A stretch of DNA of 64,000 nucleotides from an uncultured virus (IMG/VR IMGVR_UViG_3300009376_001605) (taxonomy: Duplodnaviria > Heunggongvirae > Uroviricota > Caudoviricetes): the IMG/VR virus record IMGVR_UViG_3300009376_001605; one strand, 5' to 3'. Position 1 is the stretch's first letter. The number at the start of each line of letters is the position of its first letter. The notes beneath the pieces were generated by a model. It searched no databases. It was not told where the DNA came from and saw nothing but the letters and a program-made list of their open reading frames with translations. Of this stretch, positions 9,701 to 18,907 are shown piece after piece. The position numbers were made by a program, and so were the translations under genes.

Positions 9701-12700
9701 CCTCTTTGACAGCCGATCCTGTGATAGATAAGTTGGTAAGCCCAGACCCGTTAGTATTCAAGTAAGTTCCTGATCCGGATCCTGGCGGATCGATTCCTCG
9801 GGTTGTAAGGCCCGTAGTGCCGGATAGACTTGCTGTTGCGATTACGGTTCCATTTAACTCTAAGTGAACATAGCCCTGCTCACCGCTTCCGAAGCTTTGT
9901 GAGACATAATTGAGCGTTGCACCAGAGAACCCAGCGGCGATGTCGTCATTTAAGACACCTGACATGCTTTGGGTAAGATTGTAGGCCGCCGTCCTTATGT
10001 TGTTGCTACTTGTTGCAGCCTGGTACAATCCGTTAACATCTACTGCAGAACCCACGCCAGCAGAAGACCCAACGTTAGTATAGCCGCTTATGGAATTCGA
10101 GCTACCAAAAGATAAGTAAACTGCATCGCCTGTATTGAAAGAGTTGACATCATCCAGGTTAGGTGCTGGGCTTGGTGCCAGCTCTTTAAGCACCTCGTTA
10201 ATCTTATCGATTGCAACGCCCGTGTAGGTCTTGTTAGTAAACGTAGTAAATAAACCGTCTTCATAGGTTCCATCTTCTGGCGTACCAATGGTTCCTGATA
10301 TCACGACTGTGTTACTGCCCTCATCTGTAACAATCGCATTATCAAATGAGATCGTAGTTACACCAGATACAGAAGGATCACCATCGTTCTCTTTTACTGT
10401 TATGGACCCGCCTCCACCCCCAGAGGAAGCGATGGTTACTTGGCCGTTGGAAGAAGAAGTAATAGTTATGTTTGACCCGGCAGCCAAGTAAGATGTCCCG
10501 TCAGTAAGGCGAGTTAGTGATCCTGACATCCCCCTAGGCGCATTGATATTTCCGCTTACTAAAAGATCACCGCCGAAGACTGCTGACCCTGTTATTGCAG
10601 TGCCTTTACTGTCGATGGCTCCACTCACGAAGAAGAAGACATCGCTTCCGACAGTTGTTGCAACGTAAGATGTTCCTAGTTGACCGCCAGCAAAGACCGC
10701 AGATCCCGTGGTGTTGATCTTTCCCGCTGCAGGAGATGTGAAGAAGCTAGTACCGCTTCCACCTCCAGATGAAGCAATTGTGATCTGGCCGTTTGAGGCA
10801 GAGGTTATTGTGACATTGGTACCCGCTACAAGATAGGAGGTTCCATCAGTGAGACGGGTAAGTGATCCCGATATTCCCGTGTCAAAAGAGCCTGTTCCCG
10901 TGACTCGAAGGTTGTCAGATATCTTGACACCGCCGGTGAATGCAGAGCCTGAGATCGTAGCTACTACAGAATCGTCGATATTGAGAGTTACATCACCTGA
11001 ACTGCCTCCTCCCGTGAGGCCAGTGCCGGCAGTTACAGAAGTAATATCGCCAACAGTGCCGTCATTCGTGATTACAATTTGCCCATTGGAAGAAGATGAG
11101 ATCGAGATTCCAGCTCCTGCAGCAAGATAAGAAGTTCCATCTAGGAGGTTTGTTAGAGATCCAGAATAACCAAGGGTTGATCTAATAGATCCCGTAACTC
11201 CTACATTACCTGTAAAGTTTGCTCCGGAGATTGTAGCTACTACAGAGTCATCAATCGCAAGAGTTACATCGCCAGATGAACCCCCGCCAGTTAGTCCTGT
11301 TCCGGCAGTAACAGCGGTGATGTCACCTGCATTCCCTGCGATCGTAACAGAGCCATTTGAGGCAGAAGTGATAGTAATATTGCTTCCAGCTATGAGATAC
11401 GACGAACCATCCGTGAGCCTTGTCAGTGAGCCAGAGAGGCCTGTGTCAAAAGAACCTGTACCTGTAACTCTGAGATTATCAGATATCTTGACACCGCCCG
11501 TAAATGCAGAGCCTGAGAGCGTAGCTACTACGCTGTCATTGATTGCAAGAGTTACTGTGTCACCTGTCGCTGATGTTTTTATCCCGGTACCACCTGCAAT
11601 ATCGATCTTATGAGATGACGCTGTGGCAGTTCCTGAGTCTGTTTCTACCTGCTTCAAGACATTGTCACCTAGGCTGACATTGCCGCCGATGACCGTAAAG
11701 TCTGCAGCTGTAAATGATGCGACGCCCTTGTTAGAAGTAGAGGCATTCTCACCTGAGATTGTTACTGTAGAGCCTGCTGCAGATGTGTCTATGCCTTCGC
11801 CGCCTGCGAAAGTCAACGTATGGCTTGCTCCGTCTGCAGTACCTGAATCTGTAGACGCGGATTTCAAAACCTGCGTCGCTAAATGAAGCTCATTTGATGC
11901 AAATGCGAAATCATCTGTGTTGATACTTTGTGAGATTGTAAGGTTTGCACCTGAGCCACTATCTACTAGGGCAATTCCATTTCCTGCTGTCAGAACCCTT
12001 TCAGCGGTCAATGCTCCATTTGAACTAAGCACAACATACTGGGCATCTGTGGGTGCCCCGCTGGTGGCGGCTGCAGTTAAATCAAACTCTGTCCCCGAAT
12101 CATTTTTAAAGTAGAGCTTACTATCCGAACTCTTTACAAAAACTTTCCCATATCCAGAAGTTGCCCCAGGAGATGAAGCTAACTCGTCAAAAGATATCGC
12201 GCCTTCTATCGTAATCTTCTCATTAGGCGATGAAGTGCCGACACCTAATTGACCAGTGTTGTCGATAGTCACGACCTCTGTGGAACCTGTTAGAAAATTA
12301 ACGAGGTCCCCTGTGCCATCTTGCGTTACTTTTAGAGTTGTCTGCGTATTGTTGGCATTATCATCGTGAATATTAACCAGCGGATTTGATCCCCCTTCGG
12401 CTATATTTCTAGATACTTTTAAACCATAACCAGATGAAATGTCCTGTTCAAGATGAGTTCCATACCCATGAATATAGGCAGCAGGGTTAGAAGTGGATTC
12501 TGCATCAACCTCGAGCGCGTAGTAGCCACCCGTCTCATCACTGTTAACAAAGACCCCGCCTGTATTATCAGAATTAGAAACTTGAACTTCTATTTTTGCA
12601 CCGGGTGATGCAGTCCCAATACCCACCTTTTGGTCGTTAGTTATGGTCAGTGCCAGTGCAGGGTCAGCGCCGTCTGCTGTAGAATTCTTAGTGTAGAACT

Positions 12701-13360
12701 GGAGGTTACCCTGTGAGTAGTTTCCATCCCTGTTATGAATTATCGCGGCGCCAATATTATCAGCTGCAGTGTCTACAACAAATCCGATACCAACACTTTT
12801 GTTAGTTGTCGTGCTACCATGCCTAAGCACAGCCTGATAATCTGTAGGATCGTTAAGATCATTATTGGGATCTACAGCATTTGAGACTTCTAGCTTGGCC
12901 TCGGGAGAAGACGTACCTATCCCTACTAGATCAGATGTAGTTGTCAGGTAAGCACTATTTGAAGACCGTGACCAGACGTTTGAAGATCCCTCGCCGCCTC
13001 CAGAGGATCCAGTCGTAAAAATTGCCTGTATGATGCTTCCAGATGGTGGCGAGGGATTGAAAATTACTTGATTAGACGCCTGGGCATAAGTGTAATCATT
13101 GGCAGATCCAGAAAGCCTCAGTATGCCGTTGACATAAACAGCCATTGCCGCGGCATCATTCGGAGTATTTGTTAGAGCGTACGTCGTCGTGGTGGCGCCG
13201 GAGTCTGTGCTAAGCTCTTCCTTTACCAGAACTTCGCTATCTTGTGCTATTCCCGTAATAGTAACTGACCCGTTGGACGAAGAGCTAATGGTTATATTAG
13301 TTCCCGCTATAAGATAGCTAGTACCATCCGTTAATCTTGTCAAAGATCCACTTAAGCCAA
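4655..13360 (-). repeat. Dispersed ~35-aa coding repeat (GxSGSLTRLxDGxSYLxAGxNxTIxSxSNGxxTI), 7 copies in two genes
   Basis: Copies near 13255-13360, 11335-11440, 11065-11175, 10770-10880, 10425-10530, 5755-5860, 4655-4765 (approximate). Confidence 0.9.
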
Positions 13361-13601
13361 GCTCAGAAAATATGGCTCCGGATGTTACAAGATCCCCGCC
13401 GAAAGTACTGATTCCGAACTTGCTGTTAGACTTGGCATTAATAGACCCGGAAGAGAAAAAGCTTGTATCAGTTCCCGGCAGTTCACCAGAACCGACTCGG
13501 GCCGTAGCGGCACGGAAATCAATGACGCTGATCTTTGTAGCGCCGATCGTTTCGATCTTTCCTGTCTTTGAGTTAACAAAGAATTTGGTAAAATCTGCCA
13601 A
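6723..13601 (-). CDS. Giant fibre-like virion protein with duplicated C-terminal domain
   Basis: 2292 aa; VGIGTSSP repeats, GDITAVTAGTGLTGGGSSGDVTL repeats, five SGSLTRLTDG-type modules. Confidence 0.8.
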   Translation of the reverse strand: MADFTKFFVNSKTGKIETIGATKISVIDFRAATARVGSGELPGTDTSFFSSGSINAKSNSKFGISTFGGDLVTSGAIFSELGLSGSLTRLTDGTSYLIAGTNITISSSSNGSVTITGIAQDSEVLVKEELSTDSGATTTTYALTNTPNDAAAMAVYVNGILRLSGSANDYTYAQASNQVIFNPSPPSGSIIQAIFTTGSSGGGEGSSNVWSRSSNSAYLTTTSDLVGIGTSSPEAKLEVSNAVDPNNDLNDPTDYQAVLRHGSTTTNKSVGIGFVVDTAADNIGAAIIHNRDGNYSQGNLQFYTKNSTADGADPALALTITNDQKVGIGTASPGAKIEVQVSNSDNTGGVFVNSDETGGYYALEVDAESTSNPAAYIHGYGTHLEQDISSGYGLKVSRNIAEGGSNPLVNIHDDNANNTQTTLKVTQDGTGDLVNFLTGSTEVVTIDNTGQLGVGTSSPNEKITIEGAISFDELASSPGATSGYGKVFVKSSDSKLYFKNDSGTEFDLTAAATSGAPTDAQYVVLSSNGALTAERVLTAGNGIALVDSGSGANLTISQSINTDDFAFASNELHLATQVLKSASTDSGTADGASHTLTFAGGEGIDTSAAGSTVTISGENASTSNKGVASFTAADFTVIGGNVSLGDNVLKQVETDSGTATASSHKIDIAGGTGIKTSATGDTVTLAINDSVVATLSGSAFTGGVKISDNLRVTGTGSFDTGLSGSLTRLTDGSSYLIAGSNITITSASNGSVTIAGNAGDITAVTAGTGLTGGGSSGDVTLAIDDSVVATISGANFTGNVGVTGSIRSTLGYSGSLTNLLDGTSYLAAGAGISISSSSNGQIVITNDGTVGDITSVTAGTGLTGGGSSGDVTLNIDDSVVATISGSAFTGGVKISDNLRVTGTGSFDTGISGSLTRLTDGTSYLVAGTNVTITSASNGQITIASSGGGSGTSFFTSPAAGKINTTGSAVFAGGQLGTSYVATTVGSDVFFFVSGAIDSKGTAITGSAVFGGDLLVSGNINAPRGMSGSLTRLTDGTSYLAAGSNITITSSSNGQVTIASSGGGGGSITVKENDGDPSVSGVTTISFDNAIVTDEGSNTVVISGTIGTPEDGTYEDGLFTTFTNKTYTGVAIDKINEVLKELAPSPAPNLDDVNSFNTGDAVYLSFGSSNSISGYTNVGSSAGVGSAVDVNGLYQAATSSNNIRTAAYNLTQSMSGVLNDDIAAGFSGATLNYVSQSFGSGEQGYVHLELNGTVIATASLSGTTGLTTRGIDPPGSGSGTYLNTNGSGLTNLSITGSAVKEDGTDFTFFQHRTGRFLIAADSQRNGWNYARVIHYADGATSTTNYIEWVNDSNSDALAASSNSLTPQLSGSRHLSGVEYYISGNVSYKVAVSNAYRNVYDNTAISFETHNCSIASQAKPTIGAGEDHTKVLHLTGAGSITSTTMLTSSVTAGVNVTHPFKANLSDAGNTVTDGILLFSLSGSSTSQREKFQEETYRVISGTYANQAAVTNASNVWDSEVFMTASNGGHTDGLQFFSSSLLSPTNTLLSGDFRNTADGGSIQYAPAGNPNYSGVSGQRTFYRHFKNETGSTQYTAKIAVSGSGTIVGPSTSLNSSRLRIFLKMASGSIGSTGWMDLSSAFSFGSYEDNDGCLDGSFDSSLNANNNANFGIQGIANNEYLLMRVEADEAWTGNISEIEVTFGAGTGTTESAPTLSRLDSEEVGVTSKLSFGSSKAISGYTSVAASAGLASAVDVNGTYQVATSSNNFRLGTFDGTNIFEGDLNPQVAADSPNYVANSFDQAGTGSLRLEVNGSTVHTLYLTGSTGTGSPGSGTAVLTGSNGSGFINVSTFSPAEFSNGVKDYTKLYRTAKYRVGTSDQRNGWNYARVVHTVTGSDRETTYVEWVNDNDSNALSISSASMGNFGGTSPYYQSGIAYFVNCTSSIRYQSDNGYKNVYSALSTAVTTPTETNLTINSIMITGSGVTNQIDSGDNSTLASLETGVSNSETLPIFVTHSISFSRSESLPGPYGSTAYSVTGTVRVKHPLKSDITSSGLAKGVFLVFTSSNTSDLNNNEYFTSEKYRIKSGTYSTQNSVIADSAEWQPSASMNNGSDLGHYAGMLVYNDQIISPISGVLGGDYRSSDDGGSLQAPEGNPNYSSLGISHREYERYFKNNTTSDTPQITITLYGDATLVGRSGANSGSLGANKNIHCDVKIPSKTGYLDLAKPSPGAGPVADGDGGLSGDLDATVDGSGASNLCTFNGQTLDGTASTPQYVIIRVVSDKDFTGTVTRIQVAYT

Positions 13602-13623
13602 GGATCCCTCAAATCAAGCTATT

Positions 13624-16600
13624 CTAGCTTCCAAACGTGGTTTGTGTGATATCGGAAAGAATACTTCCCTGGTTTAAATCATTAAGCATTGACTCAACTT
13701 GTTTTTCCTCGCCTTGCTGGCCGAAGCTTCCCGATGGGAATAGAGGATTAGAATCAAAGTATGGTCTTTGGGATCTAGCGAAAGGATCAGTGTTGCAACC
13801 TCTTCCCCAGACTCCTCGAAGGTTATTTCTAGTAAGGGCTTTTATGTTTTCAAAATCTGTTTTGGTCAAGGGTAATATTTCAGCGACTTCACCTGTTGCA
13901 GAAACTTTCTTAAATTCTATGGACACAGCAGAAGCTAACTGCCCTGGAATGTCCTTTCTTTCTCCTTCGTTGTCCCTAGGGTTAGGACTTTCCATTTCAA
14001 ACCTATGCTTCTCAAATGCGCTGTACTGCCTTTGCTCAAACATATCCCGAGCTTGTCCGAACCTATCTCTTCGATAAACAGCGGAAGTAAATGTCGGTAG
14101 TGCACTTATGAGCCCGTACTTAAAGCCTCGGATCTCCACATCGTTGCCGATGTGAAAAGAGTTGTTTGTTCCTGTCCCCATATTTTTTACAGCACGAGGA
14201 AGGTTATAATCAATACTGTCTCCAAAGCCAAAGAAGTACTTAAGAAACTGCCTGCTTTGCTCCTGGAGGGCTTCATAAGTAGTAGTGTTCACAAAGTCCA
14301 TAACTGTGTAGACTTGAGTGCTTGAGTCTCCTGAATCTTGAGGTCCTGCGAGGACTGTTAGCATACTAGCGCTTCTTTTGCGAGTTTTTCCGTTGTCGGT
14401 ATTGGTAAAATCTTTTAATACTCTTGCTGCAGACGGTGATTCCACTCTTTCAAGGTTGCTTCCGCCATACCTGTCATCAAAAGGAAATGACCTTGGCCAA
14501 ACTCTGTCTGACTTGGAAACGCTAGAATTGCTATCTGCACTGCCTAGCACATAATATCCCAAGGAGCTGTCAGGCGATATTGTTCCTACTGTGTTATTGA
14601 GCTGTTTCACAAAAGCTTGCTCATTTACCCTGGCAACAGTGTTCGGATCCACGAACAGGGAATCCAAGTAGCGTTCATTCAGATCCACCAAGCGAACGCC
14701 CCTTAAAATAGAACCTGTGGTACCTGCTTGACCCCCGACGACGCTGTGAGGTACTAGGCTTAACCTTCCAGCGCCTACCGTGGGATTTCTAGACTGTATT
14801 CCCTTCACAGCGTAGTCACTGTAAGACCCTGAATAGGTTTGATAATACTCTACGTTAAACTGGTCGAGGCAGTACGGTGTGCTATCTGTAGCAGAACTTT
14901 GAACGTCCTCGTGGATGGCATCCGATGTCAAGTGCTGGTTAAGCCCTTGGTGAAACTCTCTTCCATCGCGGATCATGGAGCCATATAGGACGAGCTTCCC
15001 TTGTCCTGGGTGTATCTGGAGCTTAAACTTGCTAACATCATCCTCAGTTGTATTAGAGTACTCGATCCACTTCTGGTTAGCCCAGTAAAAACTAAGCTTG
15101 TCACCGGGCATGAGAAGATAAGGTGAATCTTGTCGAACTTTATCGTATACCTGGAATCCTAACCCAGAAGTTGCAACATCAAATCTAATTATTTTAAGTG
15201 AGCCTGATAAATTTGCGGCAGCATTCGATCTTGCGAATGATCGCCCAGTAGAAAGAAGACCTCCGTCTATCCCGTTAGTAAGGCCGCTTCGGCCGCCGCC
15301 CTGGTAAGACAAAAACCTATAAAGATCATTACTGTTTCCCGACCACCCTTTTCTGCCTCCGCCGGAAGTGAAAGCTTTATGATACTGGAGTGTTGGCGCA
15401 TATACTGGAGTATTTGCAGACATGCTAAGCACAAATGATCCCGTCGTTCCCCTGTATGAGTTGCCAGAAGGGGAAGGTGATGCAGGAACTTGAATATTCA
15501 GATCTCTTCTCTGCATAGGCTTGGTAACAAAATTTTCACATATTGCAACTACACCATTGGCGACGAGGTCCTTAGGAACAGTAATGCGTCGTTCAGCAAC
15601 TGCTCGCATTTGCTCCATGCTATAGTTGGATGGATTTGTGCTGGGAGTACCTGTTTGGTTTGTCCCACTGTTAAAGTAAGTTGTAGCAAAGGAATTTAAA
15701 AGTCGAGAATTTTGGTGATGATTGAGGATCCCAAAATTGAAATACGTCTTTTCTGCTAGGTTATTTTGTGTCCCTAGGGGAAGAGATCCGCTAAACTCAT
15801 AGGCGATTTTTTCGACCATAAAAGGGTGTCTTATAACAGAGCTTACATCAAAAAGCTGCGAAGAAGTTGCATTAAACTGAGTGGCTGACGGGAAGCCTGC
15901 GTAAGTAGTAGGATATCCGGACTGGAGTCGAATAATATCACTAACTGAATCTAGGCCTGCCCAGGATGTGTTTTGCCCAGGAACATATGCCAGAAGAGAT
16001 CCCGTAGCGACCGCAGGAATAGCGTTAACGTAATCAACCGCACTTCCAGTAATATCACATCCTAACATCTCCCACTGGTTAAGATCGAAATTATAGTACG
16101 AGAAACCAGATCCAATAGGAGACGCCGACGATCCTGTCGACCAAAAGATCTCAGATGTGGTCGTGGGATTAAGGTCAATCTCAATCTTTGTTTTTGACCA
16201 CAAGGGGTTCGTAAAACCTTGCCCCACTATAGAAGGAAGTGTTCCCGTGGCCCAAAATGCATCTCCTGTTGCCGTTTCGTCGGCGGCGTATTGGTTGGCT
16301 TCAACATAAGGAGTGAAATCGTCACCTGGGGTAAATCGAACCCGGGCGTCAGAGACCCCTGGTATCACACTAGTAGCAGAACTAGTTAGCGCTAGATCAG
16401 GTAGTGAATTAGGGGCAACCACCAGAGATCCAGAGTACTGACTTCCCTGTCTAAGTTGCTGCCCTAGGGTTACTTGAGCACTTAGGCCTGAATTTGTGCC
16501 TTGCTTTTGAAACCTTATCGCCGAGGTGTCGTCGAAAGAGGAGGAATAGTGACCTGTCCTGGAATCACCGAGCCGATATGTGGAAGGATAAGATCCTGTA

Positions 16601-17523
16601 GCATTATCGATTGACTGCAGATAGGGGCGCACTGGGAGCGAGGTGATACCAGTAGACCCTACGTAAACACGCTGCTTAGCAACATCTTTTATACCCTTTG
16701 AGGCATTGTAGAGCGCATTGATATCCTCTGCAGAGAGAACCTTTCCTGTCCAAATTGCGGCTTGCATGAACTCCATCGGTTGGTTGTTCATGTTTTCTGC
16801 TATTCTAAGGTCGCCGGCGCCTGCCTCCATAGCAACATAAGTTCCAGTTTCACTGCACGAACCCGAAATAAACCTACCGTCAAAGTAGAACTTACCTCTT
16901 CCGGTTTTGGTAAGTGAATTATTGTATGTGAATGCTATGTGGTGCCAAGTATTCTCAGAAAATAATGCGCCAGGGGACGCCAAGAAGTTAAGAGCGGCAC
17001 TTGCAGAAACGTCAGAAAGAGAACCCGTGAGATCACCATCATGATAAAAGATTTTATATTCATTAGGAGAGAGGCCGGTTCCTAAGCCTTTCTGGACTAG
17101 CCCTACCGTAGAAGATGCGCTCGTTATTTGAACCCAAGTCGATAAGCTGAATGAGCTGTCTGTTGATCCGTCACCGAATGAGAGATCGGCGGCATCTTCC
17201 ACATTTACATAGACAGTAGATGACTTAGGAAATCGAGCCGCGGAATTTACATTAGCTAGATTTAGAGAAGAGAAGGGTGTAGTAAGAGCAGTCTGGTTTT
17301 GACCGCCTCCGCCCGAGCCTCCTGAATCTTGGAATTCCACAGAGTGCCCTACGCCGGAAGCGTCTTCAGCTGTAGTGGGCACAGCGGCTTTTGTAGCTGC
17401 CCGAGCCCATAGAATCAAGTGCTCAGTAGGGTCTCCCGAAGAGAAGTATACGCTACCGCTCACTGACGTGAACTTCTTCTTTAGGTCATACTTTAATAGT
17501 CTTTCTGGTCTCTTCTTAGGCAT
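13624..17523 (-). CDS. Virion protein with N-terminal LamG/concanavalin-like domain
   Basis: SFSLSTWVQ...NTWHHIAFTY...FYFDG...LSAEDINALYN LamG signature; located in structural module. Confidence 0.75.
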   Translation of the reverse strand: MPKKRPERLLKYDLKKKFTSVSGSVYFSSGDPTEHLILWARAATKAAVPTTAEDASGVGHSVEFQDSGGSGGGGQNQTALTTPFSSLNLANVNSAARFPKSSTVYVNVEDAADLSFGDGSTDSSFSLSTWVQITSASSTVGLVQKGLGTGLSPNEYKIFYHDGDLTGSLSDVSASAALNFLASPGALFSENTWHHIAFTYNNSLTKTGRGKFYFDGRFISGSCSETGTYVAMEAGAGDLRIAENMNNQPMEFMQAAIWTGKVLSAEDINALYNASKGIKDVAKQRVYVGSTGITSLPVRPYLQSIDNATGSYPSTYRLGDSRTGHYSSSFDDTSAIRFQKQGTNSGLSAQVTLGQQLRQGSQYSGSLVVAPNSLPDLALTSSATSVIPGVSDARVRFTPGDDFTPYVEANQYAADETATGDAFWATGTLPSIVGQGFTNPLWSKTKIEIDLNPTTTSEIFWSTGSSASPIGSGFSYYNFDLNQWEMLGCDITGSAVDYVNAIPAVATGSLLAYVPGQNTSWAGLDSVSDIIRLQSGYPTTYAGFPSATQFNATSSQLFDVSSVIRHPFMVEKIAYEFSGSLPLGTQNNLAEKTYFNFGILNHHQNSRLLNSFATTYFNSGTNQTGTPSTNPSNYSMEQMRAVAERRITVPKDLVANGVVAICENFVTKPMQRRDLNIQVPASPSPSGNSYRGTTGSFVLSMSANTPVYAPTLQYHKAFTSGGGRKGWSGNSNDLYRFLSYQGGGRSGLTNGIDGGLLSTGRSFARSNAAANLSGSLKIIRFDVATSGLGFQVYDKVRQDSPYLLMPGDKLSFYWANQKWIEYSNTTEDDVSKFKLQIHPGQGKLVLYGSMIRDGREFHQGLNQHLTSDAIHEDVQSSATDSTPYCLDQFNVEYYQTYSGSYSDYAVKGIQSRNPTVGAGRLSLVPHSVVGGQAGTTGSILRGVRLVDLNERYLDSLFVDPNTVARVNEQAFVKQLNNTVGTISPDSSLGYYVLGSADSNSSVSKSDRVWPRSFPFDDRYGGSNLERVESPSAARVLKDFTNTDNGKTRKRSASMLTVLAGPQDSGDSSTQVYTVMDFVNTTTYEALQEQSRQFLKYFFGFGDSIDYNLPRAVKNMGTGTNNSFHIGNDVEIRGFKYGLISALPTFTSAVYRRDRFGQARDMFEQRQYSAFEKHRFEMESPNPRDNEGERKDIPGQLASAVSIEFKKVSATGEVAEILPLTKTDFENIKALTRNNLRGVWGRGCNTDPFARSQRPYFDSNPLFPSGSFGQQGEEKQVESMLNDLNQGSILSDITQTTFGS

Positions 17524-18907
17524 CTCTTCTCAGGCCTCCAAACGCGATGGAGTCCACGTTTAATCCATTGTTTGTAAATATAAATCCTGTTCGTGCGGAT
17601 TTAAAACCGTCTGGGATTAGATCTTCTGTGGATCCTGACACATTGTTAAGCAGCGCAGTCTTAAAGTCAGCATCTAAATTAAGACTGTTTATCTGGGCCT
17701 TTGTAAACATTCTGCTCTCAAAATCTGTCTCATCGAAGGGTACTGGGCCGTAAGTCTCATTAAAGTATAATTTCTCTCCCAGGGCATGTCTTCTATTAGG
17801 AGCAAAAACTGTACCTGATGCTAGAGACATACTGGCAGGATTACCTGTGATTCCAATACCTGCAACTCCAAATCCATCTACGAAAGGAGAATTGCCAAAC
17901 ACAGTCATTGGGATTAAGGGCTTAACCGTGCTTGTACCCTTCATATAGAAAGAATTTCCCTCCATGATATCCGCTTTGATTCCTGTTCGGGTATCAGATC
18001 CTATTGGATCAAGGGATCGAGAGAAAATCTTTGGATCAAATGCTGATCGGACGCTTGATAAAACTTCCGCAGTCCCGTTAAGGATGTTTCCTAGAATATA
18101 TCGCTTATCTGCCTGTATAACTTCATACTCTAGATCGACAAATGATGAAGTTGCTATACTACCCTGAGCAAAAGCAAAAAGCCCTTCGGTTGCACCGATG
18201 TTTTCCATGTTTGGCTTCTCTATGAAGGGCCAAGCAAATTCTGAGAGCGTGGACTGCCCAAAAATATATTTTTCTTCAATGCCTGTATTCTTTGGATCAA
18301 AAGTTGGAAGTGCTGCCTGGGCGCGCTGATTATCTGTTAGTATTGAAACACCTTGACGATAAGGATCAATCTGGGCTGTGAAGCTCCCGGAGCCCCCACC
18401 AATAACGTACTCTTTAGCATGCGGGTTATATTTCTGGTCGCGACCATCCTGACCACCTGAGAAGCTCCCTGTTAGGGGAGACAGGGTCACGTTCAAGCTG
18501 CTTGAGAGAATTATAGTATTTCCAGCCTTACCGACTTCAGCTTGGGTGAGGGTCAATATGGTGGTCGAGGTCCCTGAAGTGATGATTGTTCCATTGTGGC
18601 CTGCTGAAGCTTCGATGCATGTTGTCAGATCATCTCGGGCCTGGGTCGCAGATGTTGCTCGGAACTCTCTTGCTGCAGCGTCGAGTGAAGAAGCGACTGT
18701 ATAGGTCCTGCTTAGCTGGGCAGTATTTACTAATGTTATAGTGGCTCCGATAGACCCTGTCCCGGTAAACGTTAGTGTTGAAGTAGCAGCGACAGGTGGT
18801 ATGCCCCCGTAGAGTCTACGAACAGGAAACTGGGCGCTTGAACCCGTTATCTGGTTCTCTTTTGATGAATTATATTGGAATTTTGATGTATTTTTACCTG
18901 TCTTCAT
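17516..18907 (-). CDS. Putative structural protein
   Basis: 463 aa; ATSTLTFTG...LTLTQAEVGKAGNT...FSGG segment like virion Ig/sheath-insertion domains; overlaps both neighbours. Confidence 0.6.
   Translation of the reverse strand: MKTGKNTSKFQYNSSKENQITGSSAQFPVRRLYGGIPPVAATSTLTFTGTGSIGATITLVNTAQLSRTYTVASSLDAAAREFRATSATQARDDLTTCIEASAGHNGTIITSGTSTTILTLTQAEVGKAGNTIILSSSLNVTLSPLTGSFSGGQDGRDQKYNPHAKEYVIGGGSGSFTAQIDPYRQGVSILTDNQRAQAALPTFDPKNTGIEEKYIFGQSTLSEFAWPFIEKPNMENIGATEGLFAFAQGSIATSSFVDLEYEVIQADKRYILGNILNGTAEVLSSVRSAFDPKIFSRSLDPIGSDTRTGIKADIMEGNSFYMKGTSTVKPLIPMTVFGNSPFVDGFGVAGIGITGNPASMSLASGTVFAPNRRHALGEKLYFNETYGPVPFDETDFESRMFTKAQINSLNLDADFKTALLNNVSGSTEDLIPDGFKSARTGFIFTNNGLNVDSIAFGGLRRDA

Noticed and set aside
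10770..11540. Diversity-generating retroelement TR/VR pair
   Set aside because: Differences are mostly synonymous rather than adenine-specific, both copies are in one ORF, and there is no reverse transcriptase in the window
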